From positions 41,084 through 105,083 of the IMG/VR virus record IMGVR_UViG_3300030328_003747: DNA of 64,000 nt; one strand, written 5' to 3'. This document shows positions 10,051 through 20,486 of this stretch, piece by piece (position 1 is the first letter of the stretch; each line of letters begins with the position of its first letter). The notes under the pieces were generated by a model. That model saw only the letters and a list, made by a program, of their open reading frames with translations, searched no databases and had not been told where the DNA came from. The translations under genes were made by a program, and so were the position numbers. This stretch comes from a virus.

Positions 10051-10389
10051 ATGGCAATAAGTTATACATGGAATACAAAACAACACGAATACTATCCCAC
10101 ACACAACAGTAAGTCTAAAGTTGTTCATACTGTTCATTGGAGATTACTAGCAACCGATTCAGATAAAGACGAAAATGGTGTTAATTATACAGCCGAAGTT
10201 TATGGCTCTTGTGCTTTAGACACTTCTGACCTGTCTAGTTTTACGGCTTATGGGAGTGTAGATGAGGCTAAAACTCAAGCTTGGGTAGAGGCCACATTAG
10301 GCTCTACAGAGGTAGCTAGCCTTAAATCAGGTCTAGATACTCAAATTGCAGCTATTAAATCGCCTACAAGTGTTAGCGCTAGTTTTTAA
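10051..10389 (+). CDS. Tail-fibre-associated small protein
   Basis: MAISYTW...VVHTVHWRL...FTAY...AWVEATLG pattern commonly found next to fibre genes. Confidence 0.6.
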   Translation: MAISYTWNTKQHEYYPTHNSKSKVVHTVHWRLLATDSDKDENGVNYTAEVYGSCALDTSDLSSFTAYGSVDEAKTQAWVEATLGSTEVASLKSGLDTQIAAIKSPTSVSASF

Positions 10390-10421
10390 TAAGCAATTAA
10401 ATAGGTTATTATAAGTGAGAT

Positions 10422-11903
10422 ATGTATAGTCAAGATGGAATAATGTCCCTAGCAAAAGCTGGGAGAAATGGTGATACAGAATTAGCACACCTTATGGTTG
10501 GTGAGGTAGTCTTACCGCCAGGTACTTTAACAGGCAATAAAAGGCTTAAAAACGCTGTAGAAAAAAGTTTAGCTAAAACAGATACATCATTAAGTGATGT
10601 GACTGTTGGTGGAGATACTGTTTCTATCAATCCTTATACAGGATTACCTGAATTTGGTTTTTTAAGCAAACTTTGGAAAAAAGTTAAAAAAGTTATAGAT
10701 CCTGTAGCTCAAGTAGCAAGATTTATACCTGGGCCTTGGCAAGCACCAGCAAATATATACATTAAAGGTAAAGCAGCTATTAATATAGCTAAAGGCGACG
10801 ATTCAACATCAGATTATCTTTCACTATTTACTGGTGAAAAAGTTTTAGGTGGTGATGGTGATTTAGAAAAATTTGGCAAAGTTGGCTTTGATTTTGGGGG
10901 TGGCGACTGGAACTTTGAAACTCTTAAAGAGGGAATTGGCTCTTTATTTGGGGGCGGAACACAAGATACAACACAAGAATATATTGATGAGTTCGGCAAT
11001 AAGATAACACAAAGCGAATTTGACAATATAACTAATGTTGCTGAAAAATCTATGTATAAACCTGTAGAATCAGGTAATTTTTTAGGTAATTTCTTTAGTG
11101 GTGACCCTAACTACGACCCTACTACTGGTTCAGGTCAAAGCCGTTTTGGTATGATAGAAGACTATATAAAAGGACTTGGGGGTGGAGCTGTAGGTGAAAT
11201 AATAGGCGGTATAGGTAGTTTAGTGGACAAATCTGGGTTAGATCCTGCTCTTTTAGCCTTAGCTAAATATTATGGAGATGCTACTGAAAAAGCCTTAGAA
11301 AAACAAACAGGCGGTATGAGAGACATTAGAGACTCAATAAGACCAGATTTTGCATATAACACATCAGATGGATACGAAACATACGGCTTAGGCGGGTTTA
11401 ATTTAGGATTTAGTAACGGCGGATTTGCAGCAAATAATGATATTGCAGTAGATGTTTCTGAAGATCCTTATGTAGCAAGAACTTTAAACAGACTGCAAAG
11501 AGTATTTGTATATGGGTATGAAAATATTACCCCACAAGATGTAATGGATTTAAAAAATATGAATGAAGAAAGTTTTAAAATGTCCCCAACCCAACAAGCA
11601 GTTCTAAATGTAATAAACAAAAATACGAAAGGTATGCAGTACAATCAAGGTGGATCTGTTTTAGATATGCGTGATGGGGGCGAATCTATGGGCCCAGGAA
11701 CTGGGACTTCTGATGATATACCTGCGATGTTGTCTGATGGTGAATTTGTTATGACAGCAAAAGCTAACAAAGGTGCAGGTTCAGTTGGACTAAAACAAGG
11801 CAAAGATGGTATTATGGAACTATCACCTAATATGGAGCCTGATAGACAAAGAGGTGCAAAAAACATGATGACTTTAATGAGATATTTTGAGGGTTTAGCA
11901 TAA
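10422..11903 (+). CDS. Internal virion / ejection-type protein
   Basis: AGRNGDTELAHL, SINPYTGLPEFGF and GPGTGTSDDIPAMLSDGEFVMTA motifs; Gly-rich. Confidence 0.65.
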   Translation: MYSQDGIMSLAKAGRNGDTELAHLMVGEVVLPPGTLTGNKRLKNAVEKSLAKTDTSLSDVTVGGDTVSINPYTGLPEFGFLSKLWKKVKKVIDPVAQVARFIPGPWQAPANIYIKGKAAINIAKGDDSTSDYLSLFTGEKVLGGDGDLEKFGKVGFDFGGGDWNFETLKEGIGSLFGGGTQDTTQEYIDEFGNKITQSEFDNITNVAEKSMYKPVESGNFLGNFFSGDPNYDPTTGSGQSRFGMIEDYIKGLGGGAVGEIIGGIGSLVDKSGLDPALLALAKYYGDATEKALEKQTGGMRDIRDSIRPDFAYNTSDGYETYGLGGFNLGFSNGGFAANNDIAVDVSEDPYVARTLNRLQRVFVYGYENITPQDVMDLKNMNEESFKMSPTQQAVLNVINKNTKGMQYNQGGSVLDMRDGGESMGPGTGTSDDIPAMLSDGEFVMTAKANKGAGSVGLKQGKDGIMELSPNMEPDRQRGAKNMMTLMRYFEGLA

Positions 11904-12652
11904 TGGCAGAACCGATAGACCCAATTTTAGCTGATCAGCGTACGGAAGAAATACTTTCTGACCCTCTCGTTAGGGCATTATTTTTTGGTTCTGAAGGGTC
12001 TCCTGGTTTTTATAATCAATTATTATCTATAGGACAAGACGCCAGAAGTCAGCTTGGGGGTGGATTGGGCATGTATCTGCCTTACTTACAAAGATCTGAA
12101 CAGTTAGGTGAGGATGCTTATTCTGCTATTACTGATGAAGATATTAGTAAATTTATGGACCCATATGAAGATTTGGTTGTTCAAAAATCAATTGATGACG
12201 CTCTTAGAGGTTATCAACAATCAGAAATAGGTCAAAGAGCAACAGATATTGCTAGAGGTGGAGAATCAGCATATGGCTCTAGAGCAGGTCTTTTTGCAGG
12301 AGAAAGAGCAAAAGGATTTGCAGAAGGATTAGGCAGTATGGTAAGTGGGCTAAGATCAAGAGGCTTTGATCAGGCAATAGATGAGGCTTATCGTGAAAAA
12401 GGTTTGTTTGGCCAAGGAGCTCAATTCCAACAAGGATTAGCTGGTCTTTACCCACAATATTATTATCAAGACGTTATGAGACCTTTAGGTTTAATGCAGG
12501 GTCTATACAATATGTTACCTCAATACGATCAAGGTAAAACAGCAATTTACAGTCAATATGGTATTCCTCAAGATCCTAAAGCAGGTGGCTTAGGAGCTGC
12601 ATTAAGCTTGTATTCAGGATTTGCTCCTAGATCAGGTTATGGAGATGCATAA
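11903..12652 (+). CDS. Internal virion / DNA pilot-like protein
   Basis: FMDPYEDLVV...AYGSRAG...LRSRGFDQA; Gly/Ala-rich hydrophobic C-terminus. Confidence 0.6.
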   Translation: MAEPIDPILADQRTEEILSDPLVRALFFGSEGSPGFYNQLLSIGQDARSQLGGGLGMYLPYLQRSEQLGEDAYSAITDEDISKFMDPYEDLVVQKSIDDALRGYQQSEIGQRATDIARGGESAYGSRAGLFAGERAKGFAEGLGSMVSGLRSRGFDQAIDEAYREKGLFGQGAQFQQGLAGLYPQYYYQDVMRPLGLMQGLYNMLPQYDQGKTAIYSQYGIPQDPKAGGLGAALSLYSGFAPRSGYGDA

Positions 12653-12654
12653 GA

Positions 12655-14439
12655 ATGAGCTCATTCAATAGATCTAATGACCCCGATCATTTTAGAGGTA
12701 ATTACAGCATACCAGAACCTACTCCAGAACCTACTCCTGCACTAAATGACGAAAGTCCTACTTTTACACCTAATTTAAGCTTTGAATTCGTCGGAGCCCC
12801 GACATTTCTTAGACCTTCTATAGAGCTTACAGCAGATTACTCTAATCAACTTAACTTAGGCCCATTAGATATAGTTATGCCTGACCCTTCTTCTGGCAAA
12901 AATGTTGTTGTTACAATGCCAGATAATTTTGAAGATATGATTAATAATGGAGAGTTAGATGGAATGACTCTTTATCCAATAATAAATGGTGCTGTTGGAT
13001 TTGGTCCAGAAGCAGAAAGAATTTTAAGAAATTTTTCTAAGGCTGATGTTCCTTTTGGTGAAAAGCTTGGAATTTCTTTTGACACTAGAGGTAACAAAAG
13101 TTTTTATCGCCCAACAGATGTGGGTGCAACTTTACAAGAAACTATTTTTGATGTGGGTAGTTTTTTAGAAGATTGGGTGGCTCGTCCTGTTTCTGGGTTT
13201 ATAGGTGAGATAATTGGTGGTGCGACAGGTAGTATAGCAGCAAGAGATTTTGATTATGCTCCAACCAGAAGTGAAGTAAGTATATCAAAACTTTTAAGCA
13301 TACCTGGGATGCAAATTCAAGGCGGCCCTACAGTAACAAAAGAAGATGGTGAACCTATAAAAGATTTTTCTGGTGATTTAGCAGAGATAGAGGCTGGGAT
13401 AAATGAGGAAACTATTCAAAGCTCCTTGTTAGGTAAACCTTTTGAAGACAGCGCTCTAGCCGCAGTCACTAGAGAAGCATTAAAAGATGTTAAAGACAAA
13501 AAGCCTGTAAAAGAAGGCGAAGACGAAGAAGTAATAGAAGAAGTAACAGAAGTTACAGATGATGACAAAAAAGGCGGTAAAGATTTATCAGATACTAAGC
13601 CTGTTGGTTTTTTTGGTTCAGATAAGTTTTTATCTGCTATAAGAAATGTTGGTAAGTCTTTGGTTGAGCAAGGTCAGTTTGGCTCAGGACTTGCTTTAGG
13701 AGCAGTCGGTTTTGCTGACGAACAGGCTCAAAGAAAATTACTTGCAGAACAAGCGCAGGCTGATATTAAAAAATTATTATTAGAGAAAAGTTTAGAAGGG
13801 CAAGCTTCGTTAGACCCTAAAGATCTAAAAACTTTAAGTGATTTTGAAAAAAATATCACTCAAAACTCTGCCGATTTTCAAGGTGGTCAAGTTGCAATAG
13901 GCTTTATGGATATTATTATTGAGGAAATTGCAAAAGCACCACCAGGTAAAATTGGTGGATTCCAAGGGTGGGTTGATAGTACAGCTCAAGCAATTAGTAA
14001 TTTTCTTGGGTATGATGTCCCATTTGCTGATTTAGCACCACAAGCAAAAATAGAAGCGTTAGCTAAAGTTGTACAACAAGGTAACCTGCAAGCAATACTT
14101 GGAGAATCTGGCAGAACCATATCAGATAAAGATAGAGAAATAGTTGTACAAGTATTTGGTACGCCAGGGTTATTTGATAACAGAGATACAGCTTTAGAGA
14201 AATTACGAGCAAGCAGAAGTAAACTTATAAATGCAAATGCTAGAAGGAAAAATGATATAACCCTAGATTACAATAAAATTAGTGATCCTGCATTTGGGTA
14301 CCAAGGTCAAGTATCAGCCCTACAACTCAATCCATTAATACAGTTAATACAAAGTTTAGATCCTTACTCTCCAAGTGCGGCAACTGTTAACAACCTAACA
14401 TCCGAAATTAAAACTATTACATTAAGACCAAAGGATTAA
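12655..14439 (+). CDS. Internal virion / ejection-type protein
   Basis: 594 aa, ILGESGRTISDKDR motif; in ejection cluster. Confidence 0.55.
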   Translation: MSSFNRSNDPDHFRGNYSIPEPTPEPTPALNDESPTFTPNLSFEFVGAPTFLRPSIELTADYSNQLNLGPLDIVMPDPSSGKNVVVTMPDNFEDMINNGELDGMTLYPIINGAVGFGPEAERILRNFSKADVPFGEKLGISFDTRGNKSFYRPTDVGATLQETIFDVGSFLEDWVARPVSGFIGEIIGGATGSIAARDFDYAPTRSEVSISKLLSIPGMQIQGGPTVTKEDGEPIKDFSGDLAEIEAGINEETIQSSLLGKPFEDSALAAVTREALKDVKDKKPVKEGEDEEVIEEVTEVTDDDKKGGKDLSDTKPVGFFGSDKFLSAIRNVGKSLVEQGQFGSGLALGAVGFADEQAQRKLLAEQAQADIKKLLLEKSLEGQASLDPKDLKTLSDFEKNITQNSADFQGGQVAIGFMDIIIEEIAKAPPGKIGGFQGWVDSTAQAISNFLGYDVPFADLAPQAKIEALAKVVQQGNLQAILGESGRTISDKDREIVVQVFGTPGLFDNRDTALEKLRASRSKLINANARRKNDITLDYNKISDPAFGYQGQVSALQLNPLIQLIQSLDPYSPSAATVNNLTSEIKTITLRPKD

Positions 14440-14440
14440 A

Positions 14441-17400
14441 GTGCCAATCTATAATGTTCAAATTAATCCTCAGCACTCAGTACAAGTAGAGGCAGACTCT
14501 GAAGAAGAAGCAAGAGCAAAGGTAGAGCTCGATATTAAAGCTACAGCTGCTCGAAGGGCAGCAGTTCCGTATTTAGACGAAATAATGTTTGATTACGAAA
14601 CAGGTGTTCGAGATAAGTCTATAAGAAGAAGATTGGCTATAGCAGATAACCCTTTAGAAAGAGAGGGTACTGCTGAAAAAATTTTTGGTAAAGATGGATT
14701 TACCTACAACAGTAGAGGTCAATTAGCTGTTACTCCTGCTGGATTAGTAAGAATTGGAGAAGAACCAGACTATATTACCCTAACAGACGGTTCTAAGCTT
14801 TTGTTAAACCGTATTGTTGACGAAGACTCATTTAACTTAACAGATGGAGATCTTGCCGACTTTACTGGAATAGCTGGACCTGTTTTGGGTGCTGTTCTTG
14901 CTTTAACTCCACAAGCTAGAGTTTTAAGTTTAGTATCAAAACTAACTAAATTATTCAGTAATAAGCCTACTAGAATTAACCGTATTATTGCTAGTGGTAT
15001 CGGTACTGGTGGTGGTAAAGGTGTAGAAGAATTTGTAGAGTTAGAAATGGGATTGCAAATGCAATCTGCGGAAGAAATAAGAAATTTACTTGCCTTTGAA
15101 ACAACTCTTGGGGCTGGAGCACAAGGAATTGGAGAACTGTTGGGTGTAGGGTATCACTTACTACTCGGTAAAAATGCTCCTTTTGATAACTTACGTTTAT
15201 ACCGTCAAGCTACACAAGGAAGAAACTTAGATGATGTAATGAAGCTTGATTTGAAGCTAGGGAGAGAGGCTACTGAAAAAGAAATAAACCAAGCTGTAAA
15301 AGATGGAATTATTAAAGTTTATGCAGAAAAAGGCTTACCATCACAAGGGGCTTTTAATAAACAGTTGCCTGGCAAAGTACAATCACTTGCTGAACAAGTT
15401 TTAGGTAATACAAGAGTTGAAGAATCTAAAAAATATTTACTTAGAAGTATGACTGAACTTTTTGCTAGATTAAATAAAGAATCAGTAGACGGTCAAAGCT
15501 TAACAAGCTTACTAAAAAGGTATCAAGGCAAAACAGCTATGAGCCCAGAGCAAAAAGGTTTATTAGATAAATCTGTAAGTGCACAATTAGCCAAGGTTAA
15601 AACTTCTGAAGTTCAAACAATACAAAGTATAGAAAAACTTTTTGAAGATGTTATGGAAGATTTTACTTTAATGGGTATTAATAGGTCTCCTATAACTCTT
15701 GGTAAAGTTGGTGAAGAAATAAGAGATGCACTCCAAAAAGCAAAAGCAGGTGTTGATAAGAATTTAGCCGACAAGTATAGAATTGTAGACCTTGAGCTTA
15801 GATCTTTAAAGGAAGGTGTTGTTAACAAACAAATAGGCGAACAAATAGTAAGGCCAAGACTAGATAATGCTAGAAAAATAATTGATGACTATGTAAATAC
15901 TAACTATGCTGCAAGAATTAATATTGGAGATGCTGTAGATGTAAACAGCGATCCTGTTGCATATTTAAGAGCTATTATTCAAAGAATGGATGATGGAGTA
16001 GAAAATATTGGTATGGAAGGGGGAAGAGATTTTACTTTAGTTGGTCTAAGAAATGCACTATCAACCCTTAAAGAAGAAAGAAGATTAACTATGAGTGATA
16101 GTTTTCTTACAAAAATAACAGATGATGTTATTAAAGAATTACAAGGAATTTTTGACGATATGGCTGACCCAACAATTTTAAAAAGAGCGGCCCCTAATCT
16201 AAATGCTTTAGAAACACAAAAAATTTCAAGAGCTGCAGATCTTTTACAAGACGCTAATTTAAGCGCTCAAAAATATTTAGCTCCTTTTGATAATGCAAAA
16301 TTAATGAAAATTAAAGCAGAAGGTAAGTATGGAGCTTATGATCCTCTTGAAATTTACGAGTCTGCTGTTTTGAATGGTAAGACAAGAGATTTAAGAGATA
16401 TTTTTCAAGCCGTTAGAAATTACGACGATTATATTAAAACAACAGCACCAACAGGATTAAAAGCTGTAAATGAATTACAGTTAAGAAATAACTTAAAACA
16501 AAAACTAATAAGTGATGCTTTTCAAGATTCTTTTGATGCAGCTACAGATACAGTAGACTTTGCTAAATTTACAACTTACCTTAAAAACTTTGATAGAAAA
16601 TCTCCAGGTAAACTTCGAGAAATTTTTGCAAATGAAGCTTTAGGTAGTGAAAACTTTTTAAGAGTTCTTGATCAAATTAATAAATTAAAACCAAACTTAA
16701 AACCTGCTGAGATAACAAAACTAATAACACAATTTACCAAATCAAAAGTCCCAGGCGGTCTTACTGAAACAGCAACTGGAAAAGCTTTTTTAGAGGGGTT
16801 AAAAGAGTTAGCTGAAGCTAAATCTAAAACAGCCTCTTTTGAAGGCAATCTAATTATTAGAAAATTACCAGAAGCAACAACTGAAGAGGTGGTAAGTAAA
16901 ATATTTACACCTCAAGGGGCTTCTAATATTAAGTTAATAAGAGAAACTGTTGGCGAAGAATCATTTAAAGAAATTCAAAATAATGCGATGAACAAAATCT
17001 TACAAAGAGCAATTGATTTTGACGGCATTACTAAAAAAGGAGATATTACAAAAATTTTCCAAGCAGATAAATTTAATAATATTTTAAGATCATATGGTGA
17101 TGAAACACTAGAAGCTATGTTTGGTAAAGATATAGCAATAGGATTAAAAAACTACGGCAAAACTATAGATATAATGACAAGAGGAGAAGTAGGTCGTGGT
17201 GGAGCTGCAGGTACTCTTATCGCAGCCGCTATTGCTATTAACGCATTTAACCCTGCTTTATGGCCTACTATTGCTGGACTAGCTGTTCTTAGAACTGCAT
17301 TTCAAACTCCCTTTATACTTAAGATGATGGCTCGTACAGATAAATCTGCGGGAGTTCAGCTAGTAGAAATATTTGAAAGAATGTTTAGGCTTTATGGGTT

Positions 17401-17665
17401 AACAGAAATAGGTCGTGGTGTAAGAGAAGTTTCTGAAACTGCAAGAGAAGAACTAGACAAGAATATTCAAACTTTAAATCAAAATGAAGTTGATGACGAT
17501 CAATTGCAAAGCATAATTAATCAGGCTAAAAAATCTGTTCGATCACCTTCAACCATACAACTACCTACCGTTAAACCTTTAACAACCAATCTTAATCAAG
17601 GTAGCCTATCTAATGATCCTAGTGTTAGGGCAGCTATTTTAACTGGCGGTCAATCAATAGTATAA
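14441..17665 (+). CDS. Large internal virion / ejection protein
   Basis: 1074 aa, helical with Gly/Ala hydrophobic patches; last gene of the cluster. Confidence 0.6.
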   Translation: MPIYNVQINPQHSVQVEADSEEEARAKVELDIKATAARRAAVPYLDEIMFDYETGVRDKSIRRRLAIADNPLEREGTAEKIFGKDGFTYNSRGQLAVTPAGLVRIGEEPDYITLTDGSKLLLNRIVDEDSFNLTDGDLADFTGIAGPVLGAVLALTPQARVLSLVSKLTKLFSNKPTRINRIIASGIGTGGGKGVEEFVELEMGLQMQSAEEIRNLLAFETTLGAGAQGIGELLGVGYHLLLGKNAPFDNLRLYRQATQGRNLDDVMKLDLKLGREATEKEINQAVKDGIIKVYAEKGLPSQGAFNKQLPGKVQSLAEQVLGNTRVEESKKYLLRSMTELFARLNKESVDGQSLTSLLKRYQGKTAMSPEQKGLLDKSVSAQLAKVKTSEVQTIQSIEKLFEDVMEDFTLMGINRSPITLGKVGEEIRDALQKAKAGVDKNLADKYRIVDLELRSLKEGVVNKQIGEQIVRPRLDNARKIIDDYVNTNYAARINIGDAVDVNSDPVAYLRAIIQRMDDGVENIGMEGGRDFTLVGLRNALSTLKEERRLTMSDSFLTKITDDVIKELQGIFDDMADPTILKRAAPNLNALETQKISRAADLLQDANLSAQKYLAPFDNAKLMKIKAEGKYGAYDPLEIYESAVLNGKTRDLRDIFQAVRNYDDYIKTTAPTGLKAVNELQLRNNLKQKLISDAFQDSFDAATDTVDFAKFTTYLKNFDRKSPGKLREIFANEALGSENFLRVLDQINKLKPNLKPAEITKLITQFTKSKVPGGLTETATGKAFLEGLKELAEAKSKTASFEGNLIIRKLPEATTEEVVSKIFTPQGASNIKLIRETVGEESFKEIQNNAMNKILQRAIDFDGITKKGDITKIFQADKFNNILRSYGDETLEAMFGKDIAIGLKNYGKTIDIMTRGEVGRGGAAGTLIAAAIAINAFNPALWPTIAGLAVLRTAFQTPFILKMMARTDKSAGVQLVEIFERMFRLYGLTEIGRGVREVSETAREELDKNIQTLNQNEVDDDQLQSIINQAKKSVRSPSTIQLPTVKPLTTNLNQGSLSNDPSVRAAILTGGQSIV

Positions 17666-19404
17666 ATATTAAGTTTTTTAGACTTACCTTTCACTTCTAT
17701 ACTGTCTAATCTTTTAAGAGGATTTTTTAATTTTGTGCCTAATAATTTAGCTGCTGTTGACTCTCCTATTAATAAATCAGTACCTACGGCTTTAGTTGCT
17801 GACTCTAATCTTGCTGCGGTATTTACAGAGTCTCCTATAGCAGTATAATCGAAGCGTGAATCGCTACCCATATTACCTACAACAGCTTGCCCAGAATTTA
17901 AACCGATACCAATTTCAATACCTAACTTTGCTTCTTTTATGTCGTGTCTTATCTGAAGAGCTGTTTTTATAGCTAACTCTTCATGATTCTCTTGATCTAA
18001 TGGTGCATTAAATATTGCCATCATCGCATCACCAATATACTTATCCACCATACCGCCATTTTTTTGAACAGCATTAGCTTGTATGGTTAAAGCTGCATTC
18101 ATAATTTTTGCAACTTCTTTAGGTGGTAACACTTCTGATAAGGCAGTAAATCCTCTAACATCTGTAAATAAAAATGTGCAATATCTTTTTTCTCCACCTA
18201 GTTTTAATAACTCAGGATTATCTTGCAATCTTTTAACTTGTCTAGGATCTAGATAATGCTCAAACTGTTTTTTAATTTGTTGGCGCAATTTATATTGTTT
18301 TCTAAAGTTTAGGTAGTAAGCCACACTAGCAGTAACGAATTCTGCTATTAAAGTGTAGCTAAAATCAATTAAAATGCCTCTATTTATCATATAAAGCCCT
18401 ACAAGCCCCGTAGAGACAAATATGCCACTACCTAATATGATAGACCAAAAAATACCAAGATATGAGCTTACAACCCAAATAAGAAAGACACAAAATCCTA
18501 AAATTAAGAATTCTGCACCCAAGTGCCAATCTGGTATTCTTGGGCTGTCTTGAATTAGAATTGACTCAGATAATGCTGCTTGAATTTTGTGAGGTTCGAG
18601 TAAACCGACAGGAGTTGCAAGTGTTGGCATAATTCCAATTGCATTTACTCCAACAAATACAAACTTACCTTCAACATTCATTTCTTTTAATGTTGTTTCT
18701 GGTGTGTCTACCCAACTAATCCATTTCCTTCCTAGTGAGTCGGTAGGGACTGGTGGAATACCACGAACTGTTATTTCTGATATTCCATTTGCATTTGTTT
18801 TAATAATGTAAGTGTTAGATCCAGTTAAAGACTTTAATACTTGAGTACCAAAACTTGGCACCCAACCGTCTGGTATTTCATATAGTAGTGGTAATCTTCT
18901 TACCAAATTATCAACATCAACTGGTGCAGATACTACACCCTCTAAAACAGATTCTCTTATACCTTTTATATTTGGTAGGTGTCCTGGCAACCTGATACCT
19001 GAAACATCTTCTCCTAAAATTACAGTACCAGTTGGAAGTGGGTATTTTTCGTTATCGTAAGAAAAGGTGGCAACTACTGTATTTGGGGATTTCTGAATTG
19101 CGAGAATATATTCTTCGTCGCCACCAAACCTGTCTTTATCAACAAAGCTTATTACCCATCCTACACCAATAGCACCATTTCTTACAAGATCTCTTTGAAT
19201 TTCTGCTAACCTATCTCTAGGAAAAGGCCAACCCCCTTCTCTTTGCACATCCTCTTCTGTAATGTTTAAAATAACAAAATTACCTGTTGGTTCTTTTTTA
19301 GGGACCAAGTAATCAAATGTTTTTAGTTTAAGTATTTCTAGTGGAGCAACCTGGAATATTAAAGGAAGCGCCAGTATAGCAAATATAAGTAAAAACTTTT
19401 TCAT
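17650..19404 (-). CDS. CHASE2-domain class III adenylate cyclase
   Basis: N-terminal TM, CHASE2 (GGWPFPR, DVDNLVRRLPL, GKFVFVG), three TM helices, cyclase motifs FTDVRGFT, DKYIGDAMMAIF, DYTAIGDSVNTAARLE. Confidence 0.93.
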   Translation of the reverse strand: MKKFLLIFAILALPLIFQVAPLEILKLKTFDYLVPKKEPTGNFVILNITEEDVQREGGWPFPRDRLAEIQRDLVRNGAIGVGWVISFVDKDRFGGDEEYILAIQKSPNTVVATFSYDNEKYPLPTGTVILGEDVSGIRLPGHLPNIKGIRESVLEGVVSAPVDVDNLVRRLPLLYEIPDGWVPSFGTQVLKSLTGSNTYIIKTNANGISEITVRGIPPVPTDSLGRKWISWVDTPETTLKEMNVEGKFVFVGVNAIGIMPTLATPVGLLEPHKIQAALSESILIQDSPRIPDWHLGAEFLILGFCVFLIWVVSSYLGIFWSIILGSGIFVSTGLVGLYMINRGILIDFSYTLIAEFVTASVAYYLNFRKQYKLRQQIKKQFEHYLDPRQVKRLQDNPELLKLGGEKRYCTFLFTDVRGFTALSEVLPPKEVAKIMNAALTIQANAVQKNGGMVDKYIGDAMMAIFNAPLDQENHEELAIKTALQIRHDIKEAKLGIEIGIGLNSGQAVVGNMGSDSRFDYTAIGDSVNTAARLESATKAVGTDLLIGESTAAKLLGTKLKNPLKRLDSIEVKGKSKKLNIYTID

Positions 19405-20486
19405 CCTGATCCTTGTATAATTGTAATGTTAGACGAAGAAGCTCCATTTATCTTTACGGTTTTAGATACCCCATCTTGGATAAAGATAACCGTATAGGAT
19501 TGATCTGAGTTTAATATTAGTTGTGCGTTTTGATTTACTGTTCTCATTAGTTTAATTTGACTACCTTCTATTATAGTCGTTATATTTGTTTCTAGGTCTT
19601 GTCCTATTTGAGTACCTTCTACAACAACACCAGAAACTTGATTTAATAATTGCTCCTCATTTTCTTCATTTAATAAATCTAATACATCAAGCAGATCTTC
19701 AAAGAAATTTACATTCAAATAATCTATATCAACCTCAGAGAAATCAAGATCTTCTTCCTCTTCTAAAAGGTCTTCATCTAAGAAATCTACGTCTAGTTCA
19801 TTAAAATCTAGGTAATCTTTAGCACTTTGAGTAGAATCTTCAGCAATTATAGGCTCTTCTTTGGGTGGAGAAATTATAAGCAAGTTATCTATAAACTCTA
19901 AAGTTATATCTAATTGTACTGGAGTAGTAGGCGGTTTTTCATAAACACTAGTGGTTGTGGCTTGATAAGGTTTGTTTAATATAGCTTGTCCTAGTGCTGT
20001 TGAAACCACAATTTCACCACTAGCATCCCCATACTCATCAGGCAAAAGTATTATTAAAGCTTCACCTATTTCATTAACGGTTACGGTAAAATCTGTACCT
20101 CTTACCGCTATTTGGCTGCTTGGGGTGTTTATTGAAAGGTTGTTTTTATTTAACTTACCACTTACGAATCTAATAGTACCACTAGCAAACTGCAAGGCCA
20201 TTTTAGAGTTAGATGGATTAGGATCATATATATATTCATCTATATATAATTGTGAATGTTCGGTTAATCTTACAACGGAATCATCAAGAAAAGTAATAGC
20301 AATACGACCAGCTCTAGTGCGAATATCATCATATGAATTAATATCAAAGTCTAGAATTGCAGGGTATGGTTCATCCCTAAGAACTTGTCCATACCCTTTT
20401 AATTCTGTTATATCGCCTATTGCATCAGCATGAAGTGGAAACACCACCATCATTTTGAACAATACACCAGCTGCTATTCGAACCAT
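19401..20486 (-). CDS. FecR-domain exported protein with acidic C-terminal region
   Basis: Signal-peptide-like start; DDIRT...ITFLDDSVVRLTEHS...GTIRFVSG...TPSSQIAVRGTDF FecR motifs. Confidence 0.85.
   Translation of the reverse strand: MVRIAAGVLFKMMVVFPLHADAIGDITELKGYGQVLRDEPYPAILDFDINSYDDIRTRAGRIAITFLDDSVVRLTEHSQLYIDEYIYDPNPSNSKMALQFASGTIRFVSGKLNKNNLSINTPSSQIAVRGTDFTVTVNEIGEALIILLPDEYGDASGEIVVSTALGQAILNKPYQATTTSVYEKPPTTPVQLDITLEFIDNLLIISPPKEEPIIAEDSTQSAKDYLDFNELDVDFLDEDLLEEEEDLDFSEVDIDYLNVNFFEDLLDVLDLLNEENEEQLLNQVSGVVVEGTQIGQDLETNITTIIEGSQIKLMRTVNQNAQLILNSDQSYTVIFIQDGVSKTVKINGASSSNITIIQGSG

Noticed and set aside
17650-19404. Pycsar/CBASS-type defence cyclase
   Set aside because: Receptor architecture (CHASE2 plus TMs), ATP-type specificity residues and no adjacent cyclic-nucleotide effector
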